Position numbers and translations under genes: made by a program. The notes beneath the pieces are model-generated. The model was not told where the DNA came from. It did not search any database and saw nothing but the letters and a program-made list of their open reading frames with translations. Positions 46,764-59,920 of a stretch of DNA of 64,000 nt are shown here, piece by piece. The stretch spans positions 218 through 64,217 of the forward strand of contig JBMFWX010000007.1 in NCBI GenBank assembly GCA_049964855.1, read 5' to 3'. This stretch comes from Acidimicrobiales bacterium (GTDB taxonomy: Bacteria > Actinomycetota > Acidimicrobiia > Acidimicrobiales > RAAP-2). Numbering within the stretch: position 1 is the first letter of the stretch; every line of letters begins with the position of its first letter.

Positions 46764-47362
46764 GCCACGATCTCCTTCACCACGTCAGCGACCGCCACGT
46801 CGGTCGTGTCCACCACGCACGCCCCCGGAGCCTCGCGCAGGGGCGAGGCCTCGCGCGACCTGTCCACCTCGTCGCGGCGCGCCACCGACGCGGCGCTCTC
46901 GTCGCCGCGTCGTCGCTGGCGCTCCTCCAGCGAGGCGGTGAGAAAGACCTTCAGGGTGGCCTCGGGAAACACCACCGTGGCCGTGTCGCGGCCCTCGGCC
47001 ACGGTGCCGACCGGCTGGCGGGCCGCCCACTCGCGCTGGCGCTCGACCATCGCCGCGCGCACGGCACGGTGGGCCGCCACCACCGACACGGCCGCGTTCA
47101 CCGCCTCACTGCGCAGCTCGTCCTCGACGTCGCGCCCGTTCACGGCGACGCGGGGCGTGAGCACCAGGTCGAGCGAGCGGGACAGCTCCCCGAGCGACTC
47201 TCCGTCGTGCGGGTCCAAACCTCGCGCGAGGGCCTCCACCGTCACCGCGCGGTACATCGCACCGGTGTCGAGAAACGAGTAGCCGAGGGCGTCAGCCAGC
47301 GCGCGCGCGACGCTGGACTTACCCGATCCCGCGGGTCCGTCGATCGCCACGACTGCACTCAT
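46736..47362 (-). CDS. cmk: Cytidylate kinase
   Basis: VVAIDGPAGSGKSSVARALA, LDTGAMYR. ATG 47362 overlaps the aroA stop (ATGA). Confidence 0.9.
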   Translation of the reverse strand: MSAVVAIDGPAGSGKSSVARALADALGYSFLDTGAMYRAVTVEALARGLDPHDGESLGELSRSLDLVLTPRVAVNGRDVEDELRSEAVNAAVSVVAAHRAVRAAMVERQREWAARQPVGTVAEGRDTATVVFPEATLKVFLTASLEERQRRRGDESAASVARRDEVDRSREASPLREAPGACVVDTTDVAVADVVKEIVACLATRTSS

Positions 47363-48651
47363 CGCAGAGATGCTAGATCCTCGAAGAAGTGTGGATAGCT
47401 GGTGGCGACCGTGGACACGCCGACGATGCGACAGCCCGCCCCGGCGGCGCCCGCCACGGCGCTGGCCATCACCACGCGGTGATCGAGGCTGGCGGCGACG
47501 TCAAAGGATGCGAACGCCGATGCCGACCCCACCCCCTCCACGAAGAAGTCGTCTCCGTCGGCCCAGCTGACGCACCCGAGCGCGCGGGCCAGGTCGAGGG
47601 ACGCCGCGAAGCGGTCACTCTCCTTCACGCGCAACTCGGCCATGTCGCGAAACGCGCTGACGCCACGGGCGGCCGCCGCGGCGACGACCAGGGCCGGCAC
47701 CTCGTCCAGCGAGGGTATCTCGTCGCCGTGCACCTCCGTCCCCGTCAGCTCCGAACTCGCCGCCACCAGGGTCGACCGTCCGGGACTCGACGCGGACTCG
47801 GCCCAGGTGACCCGTCCCCCCATGCGCACCAGAACGTCGACGAAGCCCACGCGCTCCGTGCGCCGCTCGAGCTCCGTCAGCTGGACGAGCGCGTCACGGT
47901 GTACGACGCCGAGGACCGCGAAGAACGCCGCCTGGGACGGGTCCGCCGGCACGGCCCACGCTCGCGCCAGCGGGCGGCCGGGCTCGACGCGCACGACCCG
48001 TCCGGGCCCGCTCTCGTCGATGGCGATCGTGACACCCGACTCGACCAACATGTCCTCGGTGGTGGTGCGAGTGCGCACGGGCTCGTCGACCTCACAGGGG
48101 CCATCCGCGCCGAGGGCGGCGAGCAGCACGGCGGACTTCACCTGGGCGCTGGGCACGGGGACCCGGTACGTGATGGCGCGTAGCGGGCGGCGTCCATCGA
48201 TCGTGAGCGGCGCGCTGCGCCGAGGTCCCTGGCCGCGTACGCGCGCGCCCATGGTCTCGAGCGGCACCGCGACCCGATCCATCGGGCGGCGCGAGAGCGA
48301 CGCGTCGCCCACCAGCTCGTGACGTCCCGCGACGGCGGCGAGCACGCCCGCCAGCAGGCGCATCGTCGTGCCCGAGTTCTCGCAGTCCAGGGGGTGCGCG
48401 GCCGGTCGCAGCCCCTCGGCCGGGCCGTAGACGCTCAGCGTCGATCCACCCTCGACGCGGGCGCCGAGTTGCTCGACCGCCCGCCGGGTCGCCGCGACGT
48501 CGCGGCCCGGGGACGCACCCGTCACGGTGCTCTCCCCCTCGGCCAGGGCGCTGAGCAGCAGGGCCCGGTGCGACGCGCTCTTGTCGCCCGGTACGCGCAC
48601 GGTCCCGTGGGCGCGGGCCATCGGCGCGACGTCGACGGCGTCGCCGCTCAC
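47359..48651 (-). CDS. aroA: 3-phosphoshikimate 1-carboxyvinyltransferase (EPSP synthase)
   Basis: VRVPGDKSASHRALLLSALAEG, NSGTTMRLL. GTG 48651 overlaps the tyrA stop (GTGA). Confidence 0.9.
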   Translation of the reverse strand: MSGDAVDVAPMARAHGTVRVPGDKSASHRALLLSALAEGESTVTGASPGRDVAATRRAVEQLGARVEGGSTLSVYGPAEGLRPAAHPLDCENSGTTMRLLAGVLAAVAGRHELVGDASLSRRPMDRVAVPLETMGARVRGQGPRRSAPLTIDGRRPLRAITYRVPVPSAQVKSAVLLAALGADGPCEVDEPVRTRTTTEDMLVESGVTIAIDESGPGRVVRVEPGRPLARAWAVPADPSQAAFFAVLGVVHRDALVQLTELERRTERVGFVDVLVRMGGRVTWAESASSPGRSTLVAASSELTGTEVHGDEIPSLDEVPALVVAAAAARGVSAFRDMAELRVKESDRFAASLDLARALGCVSWADGDDFFVEGVGSASAFASFDVAASLDHRVVMASAVAGAAGAGCRIVGVSTVATSYPHFFEDLASLR

Positions 48652-49724
48652 GCCGGGCTCACCGTGAAACCGCGTTCGCGCAGAGCGTCGTGCAGGACGT
48701 CGGCGCGATCGGCGTCGACCGCGAGCAGCAGCGTGCCGCTGGCCCCCTCGATGCCGTGGGCGATCTCGATGTCGTAGATGTTGACCAGCAACTCCGAGGC
48801 GGCGACGGTCACCGCGGCGAGGACCCCCGGTCGGTCGGTGACCGCGACGCGTAGGTAGCGCAGGCTCGCGGGATCCAGCGCACGGCCGGGGAGCTGACGG
48901 CGCGCGTGCGCCGCGCTCTGGAGATCACGGGTGACCAGCGACGGGTCCCCGGCCTCGAGCGCGTCACCCACGCGGGCCAGACGGTCACTCAGTGAGCGCA
49001 GGGCCGGGACGATCGCCTCGCGGTTCTCCATCAGGATGTCGGGCCAGATGCTCGGGTCACCCGCCGCCACGCGCGTCATGTCGCGAAACCCCCCCGCCGC
49101 CAGCTGCAGCAGCACGGCGTCCTGCTGGGCGGCGCGGGCCGCCTCGTTCATCAGCGCCCCCGCGAGCAGGTGCGGCACGTGACTCGCCACCGCGACCAGC
49201 CGATCGTGGTCCGGCGCCGGCACCGCGACCACGTTGGCCCCGAGGTCACGCAGGATGCCGTGCAGACGCCCGTAGGTCTCGGGGCGGGTGTGCGCCGTCG
49301 GGGTCAGCACCCAGGTGCATCCCTGGAACAGATCGGCGCGCGCCCCCGTGAGACCCCGCTGCTCGGAGCCGGCCATGGGGTGCCCCCCCAGGAACCGTGG
49401 ATCGTCGAGCGCGGCCACGATCGAGCCCTTGACTCCGGCGACGTCGGTGACGATGGCGTCGCGCTCCCCCAACTGGGCCAGCGCGTCGCGCACGACCTCC
49501 ACGACCGCGCCCGCGGGCACCGCGACCACGACGAGCGACGTACGCGAGTCCACCGCGTCCCCGTCGATCAGCGAGGCGGCGCGCGCCGCGCCACGCACCG
49601 CGGGATCGGCGTCCCACCCGCTCACCGACCAGCCCCGACCGGCGAGCGCGCGCGCCAGCGAGGCCCCGATGAGACCCAGACCGACGACGTGCGCCCGCCC
49701 GGCGCCGCTATCCGGGGAGGTCAT
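48648..49724 (-). CDS. tyrA: Prephenate dehydrogenase with a C-terminal ACT-like domain
   Basis: VVGLGLIGASLARAL Rossmann motif, GGHPMAGSE, and a C-terminal VAVTDRPGVLAAVTV...IYDIEIAH segment. Confidence 0.8.
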   Translation of the reverse strand: MTSPDSGAGRAHVVGLGLIGASLARALAGRGWSVSGWDADPAVRGAARAASLIDGDAVDSRTSLVVVAVPAGAVVEVVRDALAQLGERDAIVTDVAGVKGSIVAALDDPRFLGGHPMAGSEQRGLTGARADLFQGCTWVLTPTAHTRPETYGRLHGILRDLGANVVAVPAPDHDRLVAVASHVPHLLAGALMNEAARAAQQDAVLLQLAAGGFRDMTRVAAGDPSIWPDILMENREAIVPALRSLSDRLARVGDALEAGDPSLVTRDLQSAAHARRQLPGRALDPASLRYLRVAVTDRPGVLAAVTVAASELLVNIYDIEIAHGIEGASGTLLLAVDADRADVLHDALRERGFTVSPA

Positions 49725-50079
49725 CGCGCAACGACGCGGCGTCGCGGAGGTAGACGTGATGCATCTCGTCGCGGGCGCGCGCCGTGTAGACGTGCATCAG
49801 GACTCGGATGCAGCGCGTCATCGACCCCGGGACCGCGATCTCGCTCGCGCACAGCAGCGGCACGTCGCCGAAGCCGATCGAGCGCGCGGCAGTGGCCGGG
49901 AACGCGGAGGTCAGGTCGGTCGAGGTTGTGAACAGGACGCTCACCACGTCGTCGTGCTCTAACTCGTTGCGCGCCATCATGGCCGGGAGCAACTCGTGGA
50001 CGGCGTCGGCGATGTGCTCGGGCGTGTCGCGGTCGCAGGTCGTCGCGCCGCGCAGCCCCCGAAGGAACGGTGTCGTCAT
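49708..50079 (-). CDS. aroH: AroH-class chorismate mutase
   Basis: MTTPFLRGLRGATTCDRDTPEHI..., SVLFTTSTDLTSAFPA. ATG 50079 overlaps the rluB stop (ATGA), and the 3' end overlaps the tyrA start by 17 nt. Confidence 0.8.
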   Translation of the reverse strand: MTTPFLRGLRGATTCDRDTPEHIADAVHELLPAMMARNELEHDDVVSVLFTTSTDLTSAFPATAARSIGFGDVPLLCASEIAVPGSMTRCIRVLMHVYTARARDEMHHVYLRDAASLRDDLPG

Positions 50080-50837
50080 AGAGGCATCGTAGAGGCCAGC
50101 TCCTCGGTCATTCCAACCGACGCCATGAGTCGGCGGACCTCGGCGGTGGAGAGCGTGCGCACGCTCCCCGGCGCCAGGGTGGCGTCCTGGATCGGTCCGA
50201 TCCTCGTGCGAACCAGCCGGGTCACCTCGTGGCCCACCGCCGCGCACATCCGGCGCACCTGGCGGTTGCGGCCCTCGTGGATGACGATGCGCAAGAGCCC
50301 CTCGCTGACGCGGCTGACCTGAGCGGGCGACGTCACGCCGTCGTCGAGCTCCACGCCCTCGCGCAGGCGTCGGATGGCGCTCGGCGACGGGTCGCCCTCG
50401 ACGCGGGCCAGGTACTCCTTGGCCACCCCCGAGCTCGGGTGGGTCAAGAGGTGGGTGAGACGGCCATCGTTGGTCAGGATCAACAAGCCTTCGGTCAGCA
50501 TGTCGAGCCGACCCACCGGGAACACCCGCACCGGCGACGCCACCAGGTCCAGGACGGTGGTGCGCCCTTGGGGGTCGACCGCGGTGGTCACGACACCGCG
50601 GGGCTTGTTCAAGAGGTAGTAGACGTTGTTCTGGGACGTGGGCGCCAGGGCGTTGTCGACGCAGATCACCTGGGTGAGCGGATCGACGCGGTTGCCCAGC
50701 ACGGCGACGCGGCCGTCCACGGTGACCCGGCCGTCGCTGATCAGGACCTCACAGGCCCGCCGCGAGCCGTACCCCGCGCGCGCCAACACCTTCTGGAGGC
50801 GCTCGCCCTCGTCCTCGCCCACCTCGTCCTCGCCCAC
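50076..50837 (-). CDS. rluB: rRNA pseudouridine synthase (RluB/RsuA family)
   Basis: S4 domain LQKVLARAGYGSRRACEVLISDGRVTVDG; catalytic VGRLDMLTEGLLILTNDG. Confidence 0.85.
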   Translation of the reverse strand: MGEDEVGEDEGERLQKVLARAGYGSRRACEVLISDGRVTVDGRVAVLGNRVDPLTQVICVDNALAPTSQNNVYYLLNKPRGVVTTAVDPQGRTTVLDLVASPVRVFPVGRLDMLTEGLLILTNDGRLTHLLTHPSSGVAKEYLARVEGDPSPSAIRRLREGVELDDGVTSPAQVSRVSEGLLRIVIHEGRNRQVRRMCAAVGHEVTRLVRTRIGPIQDATLAPGSVRTLSTAEVRRLMASVGMTEELASTMPL

Positions 50838-51416
50838 CTAGAGCTCCCCCTCCGCCGCGACGGGCGCGTCGGCCAGGCTGCGCGCGGTGTCCACGTCGGT
50901 CACGAACTCCTCGATGGGCGGCAGGTCGTCGAGCGACGCGAGACCCAGCCGATCGAGGAACGCCTCGGTCGTGCCGTAGAGGATCGGTTGGCCCGGACTC
51001 GCCGCGCGCCCCTTCTCCTCGATGTAGCCGCGCTGCTCGAGCAGTCGCGACACGCCCTCGACGTTGACGCCGCGCAACGCGCTGATCTGGGCCCGCGAAA
51101 TGGGCTGGCGATAGGCGATGATCGCCAGGGTCTCGAGGGCGGCCGTGCTCAGCCGATACGAGACGTCCCGACTGGCGAAGCGCGAGACCCACGGGGCCAC
51201 GTCGGGCGAGGACTGCCACTGCCAGCCGCTGGCCAGCTCCACCACCTGGAAGCCCCGGCGCTGGTCCAGGTACTCCTGGCGCAGCGCGCGCAGGGTGGCG
51301 CTCACCTCACCGGCGTCAGCGTCCAGGACGTCCGCCAGCTCCTCGGCCGACACCGGCTCCAACGCCACGGTCAGCAGCGCCTCGAGCCTCTGTTCGAGCG
51401 ACGACTCATCCCTCAT
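50838..51416 (-). CDS. scpB: Segregation and condensation protein B
   Basis: LEALLTVALEPVS, LSTAALETLAIIAYRQPISRAQISALRGV, GQPILYGTT. Confidence 0.85.
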   Translation of the reverse strand: MRDESSLEQRLEALLTVALEPVSAEELADVLDADAGEVSATLRALRQEYLDQRRGFQVVELASGWQWQSSPDVAPWVSRFASRDVSYRLSTAALETLAIIAYRQPISRAQISALRGVNVEGVSRLLEQRGYIEEKGRAASPGQPILYGTTEAFLDRLGLASLDDLPPIEEFVTDVDTARSLADAPVAAEGEL

Positions 51417-52182
51417 AGCTGTCCACCATCCCCACGTCGAGTCCCGAATCGGCCGCGACCCACTCGATCTGCACCTCGCCGAAGGTGGCCCCTTGGCCCA
51501 GGGAGACGTGGCCGAGCTTGCACAGCTCGAGGAGGGCCAGGAAGTGCACGATCACCTCGATACGCGTCGACAGGCCCGCGGTCAGCGCACGGAACGAGAC
51601 GCGCCCGAGAGCGGGAAGGCGCTGGGCGAGCGCCACGACGGTCTCGGCCACCGTCACTGCGTCCACCGTGACGTGATGCAGACGCACCACTGGTACCGGC
51701 TTCTCCTCGATGCCGCGCACGTAGGCCCGAGCCAGGTCCGCCGGCGTCACGCCGGCCAGGAGGTCCGGCGGCGTGACCACCACGCCATCGTCCACACCGC
51801 GCACGCGGGCCACCGCCCGCCCGGCGCGCTCCAGCAGCGACGCGAGCGCGTCGGCCAGCGCGCCGTAGGTGCGCAGCTCCAGCAGGCGCGCGAGCCACAC
51901 GTCACGCTCCTGCCAGCCCACGAACTCCTCCTCGGGCTCGGACTCGTCGGGGCCGGGCAGGAGGCTGCGGCTCTTCATCTCCACCAGGACCGCCGCGAGG
52001 AGCAGGAACTCCGAGAGCTCGTCGACCGAGACCGCGTCCGACGCGCCGCGCAGGGTCGCGACGAACTCGTCGACGATCGGGGCGAGGGCGACGTCGCGCA
52101 CGTCCACCTCGTGGCGCGCGATCAACTCGACTAGGAGCTGGAAGGGGCCACTGAACGACGGCGTCGTCACGACGTAGGTCAC
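51406..52182 (-). CDS. scpA: Segregation and condensation protein A
   Basis: FSGPFQLLVELIARHEVDVRDVALAPIVDEF... and ...HFLALLELCK. Immediately upstream of scpB. Confidence 0.85.
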   Translation of the reverse strand: MTYVVTTPSFSGPFQLLVELIARHEVDVRDVALAPIVDEFVATLRGASDAVSVDELSEFLLLAAVLVEMKSRSLLPGPDESEPEEEFVGWQERDVWLARLLELRTYGALADALASLLERAGRAVARVRGVDDGVVVTPPDLLAGVTPADLARAYVRGIEEKPVPVVRLHHVTVDAVTVAETVVALAQRLPALGRVSFRALTAGLSTRIEVIVHFLALLELCKLGHVSLGQGATFGEVQIEWVAADSGLDVGMVDSYEG

Positions 52183-52235
52183 GGCGACATGCTACCGGAG
52201 CCAGCCAGCGTCGTCGGTCGTCCTAGAGTGACGAG

Positions 52236-53216
52236 ATGCGCATTCTGTCGGGAATTCAACCCTCGGGCGTCATGCACATCGGCAACTATCTCGGCGCGGT
52301 CAAGCAGTGGGTGGCCCACCAGGGCGCCGACTCGCTCTACTGCATCGTCGACCTGCACGCCCTCACCCTCGAACTCGAGCCCGAGGTCCTGCGCGACCAG
52401 ACGATCGACACCCTGGCCACCCTGGTCGCGGCGGGCCTCGACCCCGAGGTGTGCACGCTCTTCCTGCAGAGTCGGATCGCGTTCCACCCCCAGTTGAGCT
52501 GGCTGCTCGAGTGCGTCGCCACCTTCGGGGAGCTCAGTCGGATGACCCAGTTCAAGGAGAAGGCCGAGCGGAAGGGGGGCTACCGCGTCGGCCTCTTCAC
52601 CTACCCGGTGCTGATGGCCGCCGACATCCTGCTCTACGACACCGAGCGGGTCCCGGTCGGCGACGACCAGCTGCAGCACCTGGAGTTGACGCGCGAGATC
52701 GCGGCGCGCTTCAACAACCGCTACGGCGAGACCTTCACCCTCCCCGAGGGGATGCTGCCCCCGAGCGGCGCGCGCGTGATGGACCTCCAAGAGCCCACCC
52801 GCAAGATGTCCAAGTCCGTCGCCAGCCCCCTCGGCCAGATCACGCTGCTCGACGATCCCCGCGACATCGAGCGCAAGATCGCACGCGCGGTCACCGACAC
52901 CGACGGTGAGGTGCGCGTCGACTGGGAGGCCAAGCCCGGGGTCTCGAACCTCCTCGAGATCTACGCGGGATTCAGCGGCGAGTCGCCTTACGACGTGGCG
53001 CGACGTTACGAGCGCTACGGCGAGCTCAAGAGTGACCTGGCCGAGTTGGTGATCGCGTCGCTCTCCCCGATCGCCGCGCGCTATCGCGAGCTGCGTGCCG
53101 ACCCCGGCGCCCTGCAGTCGGTGCTGGACGCCGGATCGCTCAAGGCGTCGCACGTCGCCGCGACGACCTACCAGCGCGCCGCGCGCGCCATGGGCCTGTA
53201 CGCGCCCGGCACCTAG
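52236..53216 (+). CDS. trpS: Tryptophan--tRNA ligase
   Basis: MRILSGIQPSGVMHIGNYLGA (HIGH-type motif), GDDQLQHLELTREIA, KMSKS. Confidence 0.9.
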   Translation: MRILSGIQPSGVMHIGNYLGAVKQWVAHQGADSLYCIVDLHALTLELEPEVLRDQTIDTLATLVAAGLDPEVCTLFLQSRIAFHPQLSWLLECVATFGELSRMTQFKEKAERKGGYRVGLFTYPVLMAADILLYDTERVPVGDDQLQHLELTREIAARFNNRYGETFTLPEGMLPPSGARVMDLQEPTRKMSKSVASPLGQITLLDDPRDIERKIARAVTDTDGEVRVDWEAKPGVSNLLEIYAGFSGESPYDVARRYERYGELKSDLAELVIASLSPIAARYRELRADPGALQSVLDAGSLKASHVAATTYQRAARAMGLYAPGT

Positions 53217-53833
53217 AACAGGCGGTTGAGCCACCACTGCTGCAGGCTGGCCAGTGCTCCGGTGCCCACGTGGAAGAAGAGCGAGTCGGCGATGATGAGC
53301 ACCATGAGCAACGGCAGCGCGCGCGCCCGGAACTGGTAGTAGCGAGGCAGGTGGCGATTGGGCACCAGGCGCTCGACGATGGCCGACCCGTCGAGCGGCG
53401 GAATGGGCAGCAGGTTGAACACCGCCAGCGTCAGGTTCACCAGTCCGAGGTAGACGCCGATGTTCAGCATTAGTGCGCTGCGGGTCACGTGCAGGGCCAG
53501 CTCGCAGATCACGAAGCCCACGGCCGAGAGCAGGATGTTGACGAAGGGACCGACCAGGGCGACGTAGAGCGAGTCGCGTCGGGGGTGGCGCAACCGCGAG
53601 AAGTTCACCGGCACGGGCTTGGCGTAGCCGAACGCCGGCAGCCCGCTCACGATGAGCAGGGCCGGCAGCAGGAGCGTCCCGAAGAGATCGATGTGCGCGA
53701 GGGGGTTGAGCGTCAGGCGGTGCTGCTCCTTGGCGGTCGGATCGCCGAGGCGGTAGGCGACGTAGCCGTGGCTCACCTCGTGCAGGACGACGGAGGGGAT
53801 GAGCGCGAGCAGGAAGTAGATGTCGCTCGCCAT
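53213..53833 (-). CDS. M50-family (site-2 protease-like) membrane metalloprotease
   Basis: VVLHEVSHGYVA (HExxH), NPLAHIDLFGTLLLP, multiple TM segments. Confidence 0.75.
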   Translation of the reverse strand: MASDIYFLLALIPSVVLHEVSHGYVAYRLGDPTAKEQHRLTLNPLAHIDLFGTLLLPALLIVSGLPAFGYAKPVPVNFSRLRHPRRDSLYVALVGPFVNILLSAVGFVICELALHVTRSALMLNIGVYLGLVNLTLAVFNLLPIPPLDGSAIVERLVPNRHLPRYYQFRARALPLLMVLIIADSLFFHVGTGALASLQQWWLNRLF

Positions 53834-53842
53834 GGTCCTCTC

Positions 53843-54740
53843 TCAGTCGTGGGCGCGCGGGTGCGCGTCCACATACGCGGCCCGCAAAGACGAGACCGAC
53901 ACCGCCGTGTAGATCTGGGTCGTCGCGATCGACGCGTGTCCCAGCAGCTCCTGCACCACTCTAATGTCGGCGCCGTGGGCCAGCATGTGCGTCGCGCAGC
54001 TGTGGCGAAAGACGTGCGCGCTGATCGAGGACCGTGCGACGCCCGCCGCCAGCGCCCGGCGGCGGATGATCAGGTCGACGCCCTGGCGCGAGAGCGCCGT
54101 GCCGCGCGCACCGAGGAACAACCGTGACGTCCGCGAGGCCCCGGGGAACTCCCCGCGCCCGCCAGGGCCCAGGTAGTCGCGCAGCGCCCGGATGAGCACC
54201 GAGCCCATCGGCACGAGGCGCTGCTTGTCGCCCTTGCCGAGCACCCGCACCAGAGCCTCGTCGAAGTCCAGGTCGCCCAGGTCGACTCCCACCGCCTCGG
54301 AGACCCGCACCCCCGTGCCGTAGAGGAGCTCGAGCAGCGCTCGATCGCGCCGGTCGACCGGTGTGGCGCAAGGGATGGCGTCCAGCAGAGCGATGATGAC
54401 GGGCTCGGGCAGCGGCTTGGGCAGCGTGCGCTCGCGCCGGCCCGGTCGCAGGCGGATCGCGGGATCGCTCGTCCGGTAGCCCTCGTCGACCAGGAACGCG
54501 AACCACCCGCGAACGACCGCACTCGCGCGCGCGACGCTGCTCGAGGCCAGGCCCTCATCGCGCAGCGAGTTCAGGTAGGCGGTGATCGCCCCCTCGTCGA
54601 CGCTCAACGCGTCCTGGTCGTGAGCCGACAGCCAGCGCAGGAGCCGCGTCAGGTCACGTCGGTAGGCCTCCACGGTCGCCGTCGAGCGACCGCGCTCGAT
54701 GATCAGCCACTGCGTGTACTCGTCGAGCAGGCTCGTCGAC

Positions 54741-54757
<17 letters not shown>
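53843..54757 (-). CDS. xerD: Tyrosine recombinase XerD (chromosome dimer resolution)
   Basis: ERGRSTATVEAYRRDLTRLLRWL, LELLYGTGVRVSEA, HVFRHSCATHMLAHGADIRVVQELLGHASIATTQIYT. The context nudix-pyrG-recN matches the mycobacterial xerD locus. Confidence 0.8.
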
Positions 54758-58561
<3,804 letters not shown>

Positions 58562-58569
<8 letters not shown>

Positions 58570-59386
58570 GTCCCTCGCGTAGGCTCTCGCGAAGGCGAAA
58601 GCCCACCTCGAAGCTGCGCGTCGCCACCACGCGCACCGGGTCGGGGCTCTGGCGCACCAGCACCCACTGATCGGCATCGAGGCGCCCGATCACCTGACCG
58701 TCGGCGAGCACGACGGCGGGCTTGCCGTCGGCGACGAGGCGGATGTCCCGATTGCCCCCCACCACGATCGAGCGATCGATCGTGAAGTGTGGCGCGACCG
58801 GCGTCAGGATCATCACGGGCAGGGCGGTGTCCACCACTGGCCCCCCCGCCGAGAAGTTGTACCCCGTGCTGCCAGTGGGCGTCGACACCATGACCGCGTC
58901 GGCCGCGTAGGTCAGGTACTCGTCGTCGTCCACGAAACTCTTGACGCGCACCATGTGACCCTGGCGAGCCCGCTCGACCACCACCTCATTGAGTGCGAAC
59001 TCCGAGGTGCCATCGGGCATCGTGATCTGCAGGGCGAGGCGCGCGACCTCGTGGGTCGGCCCCAGGGCGTGGTCGATGTCGTGTAGCACGTCGCTCGATG
59101 GCACGTTCAGCAAGAAGCCCAGTCGCCCCAGGTTGACGGCCAGCACCCGCGCGCCGTAGCGGTGGGCCAGGCGCGCGGAGCGCAGGAACGTCCCGTCACC
59201 GCCCAGGCTCACGACCAGCGTGTCGTCGCGCAGGCGCGGCGACGGCTGCGCGTCGAGCAAGTGCAGCGCCCACGTCACACCCCGTTCGGCCAGGCGCTCA
59301 CCCGCCTCGTTGGCCAGTTGAATCGCGTCCGCCCGATTGGAGAAGGCGGTGAACACCACGCGGGCGTCGGTCCCCATTGGGCCCAT
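58562..59386 (-). CDS. nadK: NAD kinase
   Basis: VVSLGGDGTFLRSA, STPTGSTGYNFSAGGP. Confidence 0.9.
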
Positions 59387-59494
59387 CGTAGTGAACAGGG
59401 CTATCGACGCCGCTCATCACTTGTACCCCGTCGCCGGACGGGCTCGGCGATAGTGTGCGGTCGAGAGCCGAAATCGCTCCATCGCGAAAGGGGG

Positions 59495-59920
59495 ATGGCG
59501 GTGTTCAAAGGCTTCAAGAACTTTCTCCTCCAAGGAGACCTGATCGTCATCGCGGTGGGGCTGATCGTCGCCCTGGCGTTCTCAACCCTGATCAAGGCCT
59601 TCACCGACTCCATCATCACCCCCCTGGTCAACGCCATGGAAGGAAGCTCGAGCGGATCGGCCGGCATGGGCTGGACCGTCAACGGCCAGCGCGTCGAGCT
59701 CGGGGCCTTCATCGCCGCGATCGTCTACTTCCTCATCTTCATGGCGGTGATCTACGGCGTGCTGGTCGTGCCGTATCGCGCGTACATGGCCAAACGCGGC
59801 GCGCCAGTCTTCGGCCCACCCGCGCCCACCACGACGTGTCCCTACTGTCTGTCGAGCGACCTACCCCTCGCGGCCACCAAGTGTCGCCACTGCACGAGTG
59901 AGTTGAGCGGCACCGCGTGA
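59495..59920 (+). CDS. mscL: Large-conductance mechanosensitive channel MscL with a C-terminal CxxC-x11-CxxC zinc-ribbon-like tail
   Basis: GAAAGGGGG SD then ATG 59495. MAVFKGFKNFLLQGDLIVIAVGLIVALAFSTLIKAFTDSIITPLV...; tail TTTCPYCLSSDLPLAATKCRHCTSEL. The track ORF is over-extended. Confidence 0.8.
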   Translation: MAVFKGFKNFLLQGDLIVIAVGLIVALAFSTLIKAFTDSIITPLVNAMEGSSSGSAGMGWTVNGQRVELGAFIAAIVYFLIFMAVIYGVLVVPYRAYMAKRGAPVFGPPAPTTTCPYCLSSDLPLAATKCRHCTSELSGTA

